A stretch of 64,000 nucleotides of DNA from an uncultured delta proteobacterium. GTDB taxonomy: Bacteria; Desulfobacterota; BSN033; UBA1163. Position numbers and translations under genes: made by a program. Positions 45,418 to 56,225 of this stretch are shown piece after piece. Below the pieces are notes generated by a model that was not told the DNA's origin, searched no databases, and was given only the letters and a program-made list of their open reading frames with translations. The stretch is taken from assembly GCA_963827685.1 (NCBI GenBank), contig CAWHBU010000009.1, positions 1-64,000 of the forward strand, given 5' to 3'. The stretch's first letter is position 1. Each line of letters begins with the position of its first letter.

Positions 45418-46677
45418 TCAAATTTCAAGACCAGGCACCTTATCTCTTTTATTGGGAGGCTTAATGAAAAGGGAAAATACAAATCCGAACAGAGAAGCTC
45501 CCACCGTCATCAAGAACAAAGGTTTGTAGGATCCCGTCAAATCAATCATATACCCTGCTAACCAAGGTCCGACTGCCATTCCCGCTTGCGCGATGAGAAA
45601 AATACCTCCAAGTATACTACCACTATTCCTTTCTCCAAAATGGTCTGCACACATAGCAGGCATCTGAGCACCCCAGCCTCCATATGAAAAGCCAAAGATA
45701 AAGCAGCACACATAGAACATCAAAAGATCCGATGACACCAGCATTCCTATCAACGCTACCAAGTTCATTAAGGAGGAGATTACAGTCGACTTCCTTCTTC
45801 CCAATTGATCCGAGATTGAACCCATGATCACCCTGCCAAGAAGACTGCATCCCCCAATCATACCAAGAATGGCAGATGCCTTGATTGGTTGAACACCTAT
45901 ATTGATAGCATACGAAACCATGTGTATGAGTACCGAATAAAGAGCAAAAGAAAGAAAAAACCAAGTTGCGCCCTGCATCCAGAAAGCGCTTGTGTAAATT
46001 GCCTGCCCCAAGTTATAGGAATCGTCTCCTGATAAGACGAGGGTATCGCAGGAAGCGTCCGTATTACTTTTTTCACGGAAGCTTTTAGGCGTCTGTTTCA
46101 ATAGAACACCACACCCTACAAAAACAACTAATAATATCAAGCCTAGGATGACGTAACTTTTACGCCACCCATAAGAAGAAATCAGCAAACCTGTCAATGG
46201 GGTCATGACCAAGGTTCCTAAACCAAGGCCTAACACCACAATGCCGATAGCAAGACCACGTTTTCGGCGGAACCATCTAGAAACGGCTGAAGTGACCGGG
46301 ATATAAGCACAGGATGTGCCGATAGAAAAAAGCAAGCTGTAATATAGATAAAGTTCCCATAAATTCCTGAAGGTGCTTGTGAAGAAAAGAGAAGTCGAGG
46401 CGAGTATAGCTCCTAATAGTACCACTACCCTAACCCCAAACTTGTCAGCCAAATAGCCAACGGGAAGGGATGTAATAATGCGAACAAACATAAAAGCCGA
46501 GAAGGCGCTCGAGAGCTGTGCCTTAGTCCATCCAAACTCAGCAAGGATTGGTTTGAAAAATACTCCGAATGTAAGGAGGATGCCGGTCTCGACTGTCATA
46601 ATGATCAAGCCGGTTCCAGTCACCACCCAACCATAGTACAAGATACGATTCTCATACTGGAGATCCATGTAAAACAT
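45418..46677 (-). CDS. MFS transporter (OFA/MCT-like)
   Basis: YYGWVV, GYLADKFGVR, SRWFRRKRGLAIG; 12 TM. Confidence 0.9.
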   Translation of the reverse strand: MFYMDLQYENRILYYGWVVTGTGLIIMTVETGILLTFGVFFKPILAEFGWTKAQLSSAFSAFMFVRIITSLPVGYLADKFGVRVVVLLGAILASTSLFFTSTFRNLWELYLYYSLLFSIGTSCAYIPVTSAVSRWFRRKRGLAIGIVVLGLGLGTLVMTPLTGLLISSYGWRKSYVILGLILLVVFVGCGVLLKQTPKSFREKSNTDASCDTLVLSGDDSYNLGQAIYTSAFWMQGATWFFLSFALYSVLIHMVSYAINIGVQPIKASAILGMIGGCSLLGRVIMGSISDQLGRRKSTVISSLMNLVALIGMLVSSDLLMFYVCCFIFGFSYGGWGAQMPAMCADHFGERNSGSILGGIFLIAQAGMAVGPWLAGYMIDLTGSYKPLFLMTVGASLFGFVFSLFIKPPNKRDKVPGLEI

Positions 46678-46789
46678 GGTCGCCTTCTCCATCTCCCATT
46701 CTTTCCATTACACTCGGTCCAAAAGATCGGTGCAGTGGTCGGAGCAACCTTGCACACGACACCTCCCATGCGGTGCATTGGAATACGCG

Positions 46790-47257
46790 GAGTATAGGAA
46801 GAGTCCGCGGTGTTTTATATTCCCAGTGAAGAGTATGTTCGAACGGCTTTAGGCCCTTCACCTCAATCTCTTTGGCATCGAGGCTCCTGCTATAGAGTTC
46901 TGCAAAGCCACGCAAATGGCCAACTTCAGAAGGCCGAAAGCCCATTAAGCTCGCACCAATGCAATCAACAGAAAAGATATCTGGACCTACCCGTAGCAGA
47001 TTGGGCCTGTGAGCCTGCCCGATGTACGTCGGTCCTCTCTCCAATGCATAAAGACCGTCTACTACCACCCATGGTGGATAAAGCTTGGCTCCCAAGTATA
47101 CCCAATACTCGTCTACAGAATGATCAATGTTATGGCACGTTTTCCCGAAATCCTGACTTAAGCATCCTTTGAGGTTTTTAAACCCTAAGCTGATCTTGGT
47201 GATAGATTGATAATGTTTTAAACCCCATAGCCAGGATTGAAATCCTGGGGTCGTCAC
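46790..47257 (-). pseudogene. DUF362 family protein remnant
   Basis: KISLGFKNLKGCL, VVDGLYALERGP, DIFSVDCIGASLMG; N- and C-termini missing or degenerate. Confidence 0.65.
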
Positions 47258-47276
47258 GACAATCCTTGCCTCATAT

Positions 47277-49268
47277 TTATAGGGTGCGGACTACCTCATA
47301 GGCATCCCATATCGCACCCATTATATTTCGGGTTTCCCTTACATCTCCTATTAAATAAAGATTCGGTATCTTGCCAGCCAAGGTTTCATAAAGTTCTCGA
47401 TTGGATGTTAATCCTACGGATAGCACAAGTGTATCAGCGTTTAGAGTTGTCTTCTTTACATCCCCGTTCATCAAATGCCCTCCCTCATTCGTGACTTCCA
47501 CAAGTCGTGTACCAGTCATAACTGTCACGTTATTGAACTTAAGCATATCTAATACCATCTGTCTATTTGCATGTGGTACCGGAATGCTTCCGATCATCAG
47601 GTCATCGAGCATTTCTATAATAGTCACTATCTTTTTCTGCTCAGCCAGCCAGATGGCCGTTTCACAACCTATCAACCCACCGCCGACAACGATCACCTTT
47701 TCACCAAGCTTTTTCTTTCCCGATAGAACCTCGGGTGCAGTAGTAACCCACTCTTTCTCTATTCCAGGAATGGAAGGAACAATTGGCTTAGCTCCGGTAG
47801 CAATAATGACCACATCGGTTTTCTCGCGATGAATTAGGTTTAAGGTGACTTCGCATCCGAATCTTACTTCTACACCAAGATCCTGTATCTCTGATTTGTA
47901 CCAATCTAGCAAAGCCTGGAGGTCCTTCTTGAACAGAGGCACTCCTGCAGGAATCAGGTGGCCGCCAAGCATATTGGTTTTTTCGTAGAGAGTAACTCGA
48001 TGTCCACGGAGAGATGCCGCTCTTGCTGCTTCCAAACCAGCGACACCGCCTCCGGCAATGATTATCTTCTTATGCTTGTTAGCCCTCTTTAGAGCATATG
48101 TTTTCTCACGCCCAGTCACGGGATTGACAGTGCACGAAATGGGTCTGCCTGAGAATATCCTACCTAAACAGCCATCATGATCGCCAATGCAAGGGCGGAT
48201 CTTTTCTATTCGCCCCTCTTCAACTTTTCGAACCCAAAAAGGGTCACTCAGCAAGCCGCGGCCCAAAGCAATCATATCCGCTTTTCCTTCTTCAAGAATT
48301 TTTTCTGCCAGCTCTGGCTTGTCAAGTTTCCCAACGGCAATGACCGGTATCCTGACGACTTTCTTAACTTCTGCCGCCATATCCGCCATGCATCCATGTG
48401 CCAGATACGTCGGTGGGTGTGGCCAGTACCAGCTGTCATAGCAACCCGCGTCCACGTGAAGCGCACCAAAACCTGCTGCCTCAAGTATTTTTGCCATTTC
48501 GAGACCTTCTTCTATATCCCTGCCGGCTTCGGTGTATTCTTCGCCAGGTAACGCTCCCATATTCAGTCCCTTAATATAGTGTTTCAATCCGAACCTGTAT
48601 TGAACATGGAAGTCTTTCTTCACTTTCTCTTTGATTTCATTGAGGACTTCTATTGGCAATCTGAGTCTCCCAGCCAGGTCACCACCATACTTATCGGTTC
48701 TTTTATTCCAGATACTTGTGGTGAATTGGTCAAGAAGATAGCCTTCGTGGCCATGGAGCTCTATGCCATCAATTCCAGCTGAAGCCAAAATTTGTGCGGC
48801 CATGCCAAAGGACTTAACTAACTTTTTGATTTCCGCCGTTTTGAGTTCTCTACAGATTTTTTCTGGTTTCCAATAGTACGGAACTGCGGAGGCTGACACT
48901 GGCTGACCGCTGAGCCTACGTGGATTTATTACCCGGCCAAAGCCTGCTGTGAGTTGCACAAATATTTTTGCTCCAAGAACATGTACTGCCTCAGCCAGCT
49001 CTGCGAACGGTGACATTGTTTCGGGCGAGATGATAAGTGGAATACCTCTAAAGTAATCAATCTCGTTTTCCACTTTAAATAGACTCGTAATGATCAGCCC
49101 CACCCCTCCACGTGCTCTCTCAATGTAATAGTCTATTGCCCTTTGTCCTAAGCTGCCATCTGGGTTCAACAAACCCACAATCCCCATTGGCGCCATCGCC
49201 ACTCGGTTTTTTATCTCAACCCTACCGATCTTTATTGGCTCCAAAATTTTTCTGAAATTACCCGACAT
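47277..49268 (-). CDS. NADH:flavin oxidoreductase (Old Yellow Enzyme + FAD domain; enoate reductase/BaiH-like)
   Basis: KNRVAMAPM, ELHGHEGYLLDQF, CIGDHDGC...CTVNP, GGGVAG; GGAGG SD before 49268. Confidence 0.9.
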   Translation of the reverse strand: MSGNFRKILEPIKIGRVEIKNRVAMAPMGIVGLLNPDGSLGQRAIDYYIERARGGVGLIITSLFKVENEIDYFRGIPLIISPETMSPFAELAEAVHVLGAKIFVQLTAGFGRVINPRRLSGQPVSASAVPYYWKPEKICRELKTAEIKKLVKSFGMAAQILASAGIDGIELHGHEGYLLDQFTTSIWNKRTDKYGGDLAGRLRLPIEVLNEIKEKVKKDFHVQYRFGLKHYIKGLNMGALPGEEYTEAGRDIEEGLEMAKILEAAGFGALHVDAGCYDSWYWPHPPTYLAHGCMADMAAEVKKVVRIPVIAVGKLDKPELAEKILEEGKADMIALGRGLLSDPFWVRKVEEGRIEKIRPCIGDHDGCLGRIFSGRPISCTVNPVTGREKTYALKRANKHKKIIIAGGGVAGLEAARAASLRGHRVTLYEKTNMLGGHLIPAGVPLFKKDLQALLDWYKSEIQDLGVEVRFGCEVTLNLIHREKTDVVIIATGAKPIVPSIPGIEKEWVTTAPEVLSGKKKLGEKVIVVGGGLIGCETAIWLAEQKKIVTIIEMLDDLMIGSIPVPHANRQMVLDMLKFNNVTVMTGTRLVEVTNEGGHLMNGDVKKTTLNADTLVLSVGLTSNRELYETLAGKIPNLYLIGDVRETRNIMGAIWDAYEVVRTL

Positions 49269-49665
49269 GTTTGAAACCTCCCGAGCCATAGTTTTTAATC
49301 CACTCACCAAACAACGCCTCAATTCAGGATTTTTTTGCACGCGCTATTATTCGAGCGACTTTATCAACCATCTGAGGCATCAATCTTTAGGCAACCAAAT
49401 GGAAGGAGATGTTTACAGAATCAACGCTTGGCACTGCATTCAGTGCTGCCGCCGAATAAAATACCACACTCATCGTGTGGAAAGGGGCATATTGGGCGGA
49501 AGATTTTTTCGATATGCCTTCTGACTGATAGCACTTACATAATCGATACACCCTATCGAACACATTCATAAATATTTTGACAAAGGCGTTCAATCCTCCG
49601 AAATTAGTCTCAAGCTCCTTCTATTAGCGGAGACCTCCGTATTGTCTTCTCATAGAATACTTCTT

Positions 49666-51408
49666 TTAAACCTTTTTCTCCCATAGTATCTTTTTGAGTT
49701 TGTTCTTCTCAATCTTGTTTAGGGCATTACGTGGCATGACATCGATCATCTCAAGTCGTTCGGGGAGCTTATAAACGGCTATATCCTTTTCTTTTAGATA
49801 ACGAATGATCTCTTCCAATGTAATGTTTTCTCCAGGTTTTGGAACAATGACAACGCAGAGCTTTTCGCCCAGGCGCTCATCAGGATATCCAATCGCTGCC
49901 ACTTCATCGATCTTCGGGTGGCCCCCCACCAGATGCTCAATCTCCACAGGACTAATGTTCTGTCCTCCTCGGATGATAAGATCTTTATATCGGCCTCTAA
50001 AGAGAAACTTGTCCATTTTCTCCCCTTCTATGGAGAATAGGTCTCCGCTGCAGTAGTATCCGTCATCGTCAAAAACCTGGGCTGTTAGATCAGGCCGTTT
50101 CCAATAGCCTGCGAATACCACAGGGCTTTTATATCGGAGCTCTCCCACAACCCCTCGCTCGGTGATAGTTTCCCCTGTTTCTGGGTTCACCAGCTTTGTT
50201 TGTGTAGATTGCATCATTACTCTTCTCGCAAGCTCGCCGGGTATCTTTTCAAGGTTCTTCCATTCGACCCCTTCAGACCCCCACCTTGGAAAATAGAGAG
50301 CTCGGTCCTCTGGGTCAGAAAAGAATATCGGGGAAGAAAGTAGCGCAAATCCTTCATTGGCGGCAAATTCGTTCACAATATCTATACCATAGGCGTCCCG
50401 GTACCGCTTTGCTATCCAGGGTGCAAGAGGCGAACCCCCGGTGGCAAGAACCTTGAGAGAACTCTTATCTAACTCCCTCCACTCAGGTAACCGGTCAAGC
50501 ATAACCAATACGGCCGGAGGTGCCATCGTGTAGTATACTTTTTCTGCGGGAATCTGTGTGAGGTAGGTATCTGCGTCAAAGGGTTGATGCAAAACGAGTT
50601 TACCTGCATTGACCACCCATGGCATAAATGCGGCCCCTATTCCAGCCATGTTGATCAAAGGAAAGCTGGCAAGAATGGTGCAACGCGGAGGTAACTCACA
50701 AAGTACCGGATTATGCATGCCCGTAATCCGCCAATGGTTGTGGCTACGTGGGACCCCTTTAGGTTCTGCCTCAGTTCCAGATGTCCAGCAAAGGGAGAAA
50801 ACTTCATTGGGTCCTGATTGTCTCCCTTCAAGATAGTCTTCGGAATATCTTTTCTCAAAAGGAGTGTCAACTATTTTCTCAAAATGAATGACCCCATCAG
50901 GGATTTCTTCATCCACGCCTGTGCCTATGATTATTTTAAGCTTTGGATACTTCGGCTTAAGCTTTCTTATCATTTCAATGTATTTGAATCTGTTGAATGT
51001 GGTTGCAGCAACATAAGCCATGGGCTCACATAATTCTAAAACATACCCCACTTCATGGGATCGATATTGGACTCCCAACGGAGTTATAATGGCTCCAATA
51101 CGCGAAGCGGCCAAATAGGTGACTATTAACTCGACAATATTAGGGAGTTGAACCGCAATGATATCGTCCTTCTTAATTCCAAGCTCTACAAATTTGATAG
51201 CAAGCCTATCCACGGCTTTAATTAACTGAGCATAAGTAAACCTTTTAGGTTCCGTCCCCACCAATTCTTTTCGATTATAAGGGTCTACGATAGCTTCTTC
51301 TTCAGGTGTCTCATGGGCGTTCCTGTACACTAAGTCAACGATGGTCTCATTCCCCCAATATCCCTTTTCCGTATACTCCCTAATTTGTTCATCAGGAACA
51401 AGCAACAT
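49666..51408 (-). CDS. Acyl-CoA synthetase / AMP-binding enzyme (cyclic or aromatic acid-CoA ligase-like)
   Basis: WTSGTEAEPKG, SGDL, GRYKDLIIRGG, KLPERL, NKIEK. Confidence 0.9.
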   Translation of the reverse strand: MLLVPDEQIREYTEKGYWGNETIVDLVYRNAHETPEEEAIVDPYNRKELVGTEPKRFTYAQLIKAVDRLAIKFVELGIKKDDIIAVQLPNIVELIVTYLAASRIGAIITPLGVQYRSHEVGYVLELCEPMAYVAATTFNRFKYIEMIRKLKPKYPKLKIIIGTGVDEEIPDGVIHFEKIVDTPFEKRYSEDYLEGRQSGPNEVFSLCWTSGTEAEPKGVPRSHNHWRITGMHNPVLCELPPRCTILASFPLINMAGIGAAFMPWVVNAGKLVLHQPFDADTYLTQIPAEKVYYTMAPPAVLVMLDRLPEWRELDKSSLKVLATGGSPLAPWIAKRYRDAYGIDIVNEFAANEGFALLSSPIFFSDPEDRALYFPRWGSEGVEWKNLEKIPGELARRVMMQSTQTKLVNPETGETITERGVVGELRYKSPVVFAGYWKRPDLTAQVFDDDGYYCSGDLFSIEGEKMDKFLFRGRYKDLIIRGGQNISPVEIEHLVGGHPKIDEVAAIGYPDERLGEKLCVVIVPKPGENITLEEIIRYLKEKDIAVYKLPERLEMIDVMPRNALNKIEKNKLKKILWEKKV

Positions 51409-51542
51409 AGGGTTCTCCTTTTCATCGTGCTCCAGATTGGCGACTCAGTCTCTTCCTAATCTCCATCTTGCAGAGATCAGACATGATTACGTTAATGACG
51501 ACATTTCATCCTCCTAAATTATAGCTTTCCGGACGTTTACCT

Positions 51543-53108
51543 CTACCTGTGGTAATCTGGCAAAATTTCATTTACGTACGGATGACCGGTCATTTCTTCT
51601 GCACAAAAAAGAGCTGAGTGTACGGCTGCGTCCATGCCGGCGCCCCAGACTTTGGAACCATACCCGTCACCCGCGAAGAACAGCCCCCCTAAATTTGGGT
51701 ATGTCGTTGCAGGCCGGGATTCGTTACTGGGTGGCCAATCACCATAACCCTTATCAGAGCAAAGCCAAAGTTCGAATTTCTGATTTGCCTCCATCGTTGG
51801 GAAGGCGTTATAGAAAACTTCCTTGGTTTTCCTGATCACTTTTTGCACTTTGGCTTTATCACGTATTTCATGATCTAGAAGAGCGATGGAAAATCCCAAA
51901 CTATGTTCCCCTCTCTCTACAGGTGCTAAGCTGGGATCCCAATTACCTTTACTTGTTGAAATGACGTCTACATCGCCGATGAATCCCTCCTCGGACTTGA
52001 TAATGGAAGGCGCCAACATCCAGCTTTGTGGCTCAACACCAGCGTCTACCAGTATGTCCGTTTTCAAACCATAGAAAGCAGTCAACATCCCTGTGCTGAA
52101 GAAATCTTTTTCCACATGTTTGGGGAAATCTTCAGAGAAAAGTTTCTTAGGAATTACTCTAAACATATCTCTGGCGGGCACGGTGCATACCACCTGCTCC
52201 GCTGCGATAGGTTGTGTTCCCTTAGGAGTTACAATTTCAACACCCGTTACCTTATTGCCTTTGAAAAGCACCTGATTGACTTTTGTGCCTAAACGAATCT
52301 CGCCGTTGTTCTCGTTGACCACCTCAGCAAGACGAACAGCCACATAGCCGAAGCCGGCATTGGGCATAACCCCTGTGGCTCCTCCGGTCAGGAGGTTTAC
52401 ACCCATCCTGGCTGCTGCTCGCATAAAACCTGCAAAGTCACGCACAGCAATATTAGAAGGTTCGCCTGAGACCATATGGATAGAAGCCACGGCTGCTATG
52501 TACTCATAGACTTTACGATCTTGTGTCCGTTCTCTCATCCACTGATCTAAAGACATCCCTTCCCACTCGGCCATTTTTTTCTCATCCGCGGTAGCCATCT
52601 CACGCAACATATTCTTAGTGTACTTGTTTTGTTCTTCGTTCATCCAACCATAGGGGGCACCTCTCTTTATCTGATATTTCTCCTTTCCATTAGCTTCTAT
52701 TACCAGAAACCCTTTGCTTCCAGGCATATCTAAGTGCTTACCAAAATGATCCAACAAACAAGCCATTCTCCCCTTGTTACCCCAAAAGGTGACAGTCCCT
52801 CCACATTCCCAACCATAACCATCCAGAAGCTTTTTTCCCAATAGAGTAGAAAAATTAGGAGTGGTGCTATGTACCCAGGAATAAACGGAGGCCAGGGCTT
52901 TCCTAAAGCCTTTAGCATCCAGTTCTTCACCCATATGAGTCACAATCTTGTCACCCTTGCCCCTGAAAGAAAGCATTCTGCCCCCCAGGTAATTCTCCTT
53001 TTCCACAACAAGGACACTTTTCTTCTCTCGCTTAGCCATCAATCCCGCTACGCTTAGGCCGGCCAAACCAGCACCAATTACGATAACGTCATACTGCTTC
53101 TCAGGCAT
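51543..53108 (-). CDS. FAD-dependent oxidoreductase (phytoene dehydrogenase/amine oxidase superfamily)
   Basis: DVIVIGAGLAGL..VVEK..LGGR, LFFAGD, GMDAAVHSA. Confidence 0.85.
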   Translation of the reverse strand: MPEKQYDVIVIGAGLAGLSVAGLMAKREKKSVLVVEKENYLGGRMLSFRGKGDKIVTHMGEELDAKGFRKALASVYSWVHSTTPNFSTLLGKKLLDGYGWECGGTVTFWGNKGRMACLLDHFGKHLDMPGSKGFLVIEANGKEKYQIKRGAPYGWMNEEQNKYTKNMLREMATADEKKMAEWEGMSLDQWMRERTQDRKVYEYIAAVASIHMVSGEPSNIAVRDFAGFMRAAARMGVNLLTGGATGVMPNAGFGYVAVRLAEVVNENNGEIRLGTKVNQVLFKGNKVTGVEIVTPKGTQPIAAEQVVCTVPARDMFRVIPKKLFSEDFPKHVEKDFFSTGMLTAFYGLKTDILVDAGVEPQSWMLAPSIIKSEEGFIGDVDVISTSKGNWDPSLAPVERGEHSLGFSIALLDHEIRDKAKVQKVIRKTKEVFYNAFPTMEANQKFELWLCSDKGYGDWPPSNESRPATTYPNLGGLFFAGDGYGSKVWGAGMDAAVHSALFCAEEMTGHPYVNEILPDYHR

Positions 53109-53267
53109 ATTGCTAACCTCCTTCGCCTTATTTACTATTTCTCTCTGTCGACGGAGTCCCAACGTCTCTTTCCATAGGTGTCTTATAAGAACTAATAACT
53201 TACCGGATTGCTGAAAAACTCTTTTCTTATGAACTTGATTGACTCCATATTTGTGATTGATTTCAAG

Positions 53268-54464
53268 CTACTTCTCACCGAGTTCAGCTAGTTCTTTGGG
53301 ATATGAAATCATACTGGCAACATGGATCTTCCCATTATCAATCGCCAAAACAAAGGTCAACATGCCATAGGCACGTCCACCTTGTGTGAACCCTTCATAC
53401 CTGAGTTTTGGATTTTCTTTAAGAGCCCGGCTAGCCATAGCCCTCACCTTATACACGTCTGCCACAGTGCCTGCCAATTCCATTGCTCTCGTTGTATAAT
53501 AAATCCAGTTGTACCCATAGCACCCCGTCGCTGAAAGATATTCACCCGGCCATCTTTTGAGGTATTTGTTTCTATAATCTAAGATCTCGCCAGGAGTGCC
53601 TGGTATGGGAATACTTGATAATGTCGAATACGAACCTACAAAAAGTGTTCCCTCAAGATTTTTAATTCCAACCGAATCAATAGTTTTTTGCTTGAAATGT
53701 TCGCAATAGAAAAATTTGGCAGTGATTCCAGCCTCCCGTGCCTGCTTTGTAATCCTGATTCCAGGTTCCTCGAAGGTAATGATATACATGCAGTCGGGTT
53801 TGAAGCCTTTCAGTTTTGTTAAGACGGGCATAAAATCTACCTCAGTGGTGGTTTTAAGATATTCAACAGCGAGTACCTTACCTCCTAACTGCTTGAAAGT
53901 ATCTGCTATCACAGAGGTGTGCTCTTTTCCAAAATCCGAATCATCGGCAATAACGCACAAATTCCTAAATCCACGCTTTACAGCTTCTCTTACTACCGGC
54001 GGGTCGTAACCGTTTGGTCTCACCACCTGGTTCAGAACCAGTTTATTTCCTGTCTGATTTAAGGACTCAGAAGGACTTATTATATCCACCAGTACTTTAT
54101 CCTTTTCATTATATGGCATGATTGCTTTTCCGGTTACTGTGCCCATATTGTGAATATAATGAATCCCATGTAAATCCACCAATCTCCTATATCCCGCCAC
54201 TGTATCTGCTGGCCGGTATTTGCTGTCCAGATGCACCACTTCTAAAAGATAGCGCTCACCTCCAACATGAATGCCTCCTTTCGCATTTATCTCCTCGAGT
54301 GCTATGGTCATTGCCCTTTTTGAATCAGCCCCATAAAGAGAGGTTCCCCCAGAAAAAGAGTTCAAGTGGCCCAATTTCAATGTCTTTTGGGCTAAGGCAT
54401 CATTGCTTTGAGTAAAAGCGAACCCTATTGCCAACACAACTATTAACCATAGATGTTTTTTCAT
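53268..54464 (-). CDS. Liv-type ABC substrate-binding protein
   Basis: Signal peptide; LKLGHL..FSG; EEINAKGGI; DFMPVLTKLK. Confidence 0.88.
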   Translation of the reverse strand: MKKHLWLIVVLAIGFAFTQSNDALAQKTLKLGHLNSFSGGTSLYGADSKRAMTIALEEINAKGGIHVGGERYLLEVVHLDSKYRPADTVAGYRRLVDLHGIHYIHNMGTVTGKAIMPYNEKDKVLVDIISPSESLNQTGNKLVLNQVVRPNGYDPPVVREAVKRGFRNLCVIADDSDFGKEHTSVIADTFKQLGGKVLAVEYLKTTTEVDFMPVLTKLKGFKPDCMYIITFEEPGIRITKQAREAGITAKFFYCEHFKQKTIDSVGIKNLEGTLFVGSYSTLSSIPIPGTPGEILDYRNKYLKRWPGEYLSATGCYGYNWIYYTTRAMELAGTVADVYKVRAMASRALKENPKLRYEGFTQGGRAYGMLTFVLAIDNGKIHVASMISYPKELAELGEK

Positions 54465-54741
54465 AAGCTTTTCCTCCCTGATGAGTAAGAATATTTATGA
54501 AATAATGCCACCACACTATGCCCCAAGAAATGCTGCCTTGATTCTTTCTCACCCCCTCCCCACCACTTTATTTCTTGGGTACTTCTTTCACAGCTCACCG
54601 CCTCTCAGCTGATAGCCTGACCTCATAGATACAAGAGGTACCCCCCGTTAATTCTTCTTGTGACGCTGTCTAAAGAGAGGAACTAGACTTCTTACCTCCA
54701 GCTTTCCCTATCCCCTTCCTGCAATACAAAAAATCAAAATA

Positions 54742-55450
54742 TCAGATTCCCAAATAAGCCTTTCTTACAAGCTCGTTGTATCGAAGCTCATCACTGGTCC
54801 CAGAAATGGTAATCTTTCCCAATTCCATGACGTACCCTCTGTCAGCAATTTCCAAGGATTTTTGGGCATTCTGCTCAACCAACACAATTGTCAGGCCTTC
54901 GCTACGGAGTGTCCGTATGGTCTTGAATATGTTACTTATAACCATCGGCGCCAGTCCCAGTGAGGGTTCATCCATCAGCAATACCCTCGGTATTCCCATC
55001 AGAGCCTCTTCCTATAGCCAGCATTTGGCGCTCCCCGCCGCTCAGCGACCCGGCCTTCTGCGTTTTCCTACTTTCCAGTGGCGGAAATAAGTTTACTACC
55101 CTATCGTAGGCATTCTTGATCAAAGACCGATCTGCTAACAAAACTGTACCCATCATGAGATTCTTCATGACCGACATCTCCGGAAAGCACCCTCCTCCTT
55201 CCGGACAGATGCAGATGCCTTTTTTGATTACTTCATAGCTTGGTAAGCGTTCAATGCGATGTCCGTCAAATTCTATCACACCGCTCCGGGGTCTTATCAA
55301 ACCAACGATTGTTTTCACTAGAGTCGTCTTACCGGCCCCATTTGCTCCCAGAATCGTAACACCCTCACCTTCTTCCACATCCAAAGACACCATTCTCAAG
55401 GCCTGAAACGCGCCATATCCCGCAACAAGTTCCCTTATGCTAAGCAGCAT
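54742..55450 (-). pseudogene. livF: LivF-type ABC ATPase with a one-base frameshift
   Basis: ...LSGGERQMLAIGR then an extra G (AGA GGC TCT instead of AGA GCT CTG ATG) near 55005; continuation MGIPRVLLMDEPSLGLAP lies in ORF 54742..54999. Confidence 0.85.
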
Positions 55451-56225
55451 ATTCCTCTCCTAGATAAGCCTTAATAGCTGCCTCATTGTGCCTCACTTCT
55501 GGAGGTGTACCCTCTGCGATCTTGGTGCCGTAATTGAGGACTATGATCCTTTCGCATAATTCCATAACCATTTTCATCTTGTGTTCGATAAGACATATGG
55601 TAACGCCTTCACTCCAAATTTTTCTAATAATACCCATTAGATGATTAATTTCCTCTATATTTATGCCTCCTGTAGGTTCATCCAACAGCAATAACTTCGG
55701 TTCCGTCGCCATGGCAATACCAATGGCAAGTCTCTTCTGTTCTTCTTGTCCTAATTCTCCTGCAAAACTGCTGGCCTTTTCTTCAAGATCTATAAATCTG
55801 ATTATTCCCTCGCAACGTTTGAGCAACCCATCTTCTTCTCTCTTCATCTTTCTCCTGCTCATGATTGCATTCCACACACTATACTTTGTCTTTGGGACAA
55901 CGCCTATCACTATATTATTCAAGACAGTTTGATCCATAAAGATTTTTGTCGTCTGAAATGTCCTCGCAATCCCACGCTGAGCAAGTACATGAGTGGGTAA
56001 ACCAGTAACAAGCTTTTCGTCAAAGATGATTTCGCCATCGGTAGGAGAAAGAACACCTGTCAACAAATTGAAAAGAGTTGACTTTCCAGCGCCATTAGGA
56101 CCAATAATGCCTAAGATTTCACCTTCATTGACTTCAAAGCTAAGATTATTTATCGCTTGAAGCCCCCCGAATTCCTTTATTAAATTCCTGACTGTAAGTA
56201 GCATACCCTTTCCTCGTGAAACCAT
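55440..56225 (-). CDS. livG: LivG-type ABC ATPase
   Basis: GPNGAGKST, RTFQ, LDEPTGG, IKAYLG. Confidence 0.9.
   Translation of the reverse strand: MVSRGKGMLLTVRNLIKEFGGLQAINNLSFEVNEGEILGIIGPNGAGKSTLFNLLTGVLSPTDGEIIFDEKLVTGLPTHVLAQRGIARTFQTTKIFMDQTVLNNIVIGVVPKTKYSVWNAIMSRRKMKREEDGLLKRCEGIIRFIDLEEKASSFAGELGQEEQKRLAIGIAMATEPKLLLLDEPTGGINIEEINHLMGIIRKIWSEGVTICLIEHKMKMVMELCERIIVLNYGTKIAEGTPPEVRHNEAAIKAYLGEEYAA

Noticed and set aside
49387-49593. 68-aa ORF between the OYE and CoA ligase genes
   Set aside because: No recognisable motif; probably a degenerate remnant and cannot be supported as a gene.
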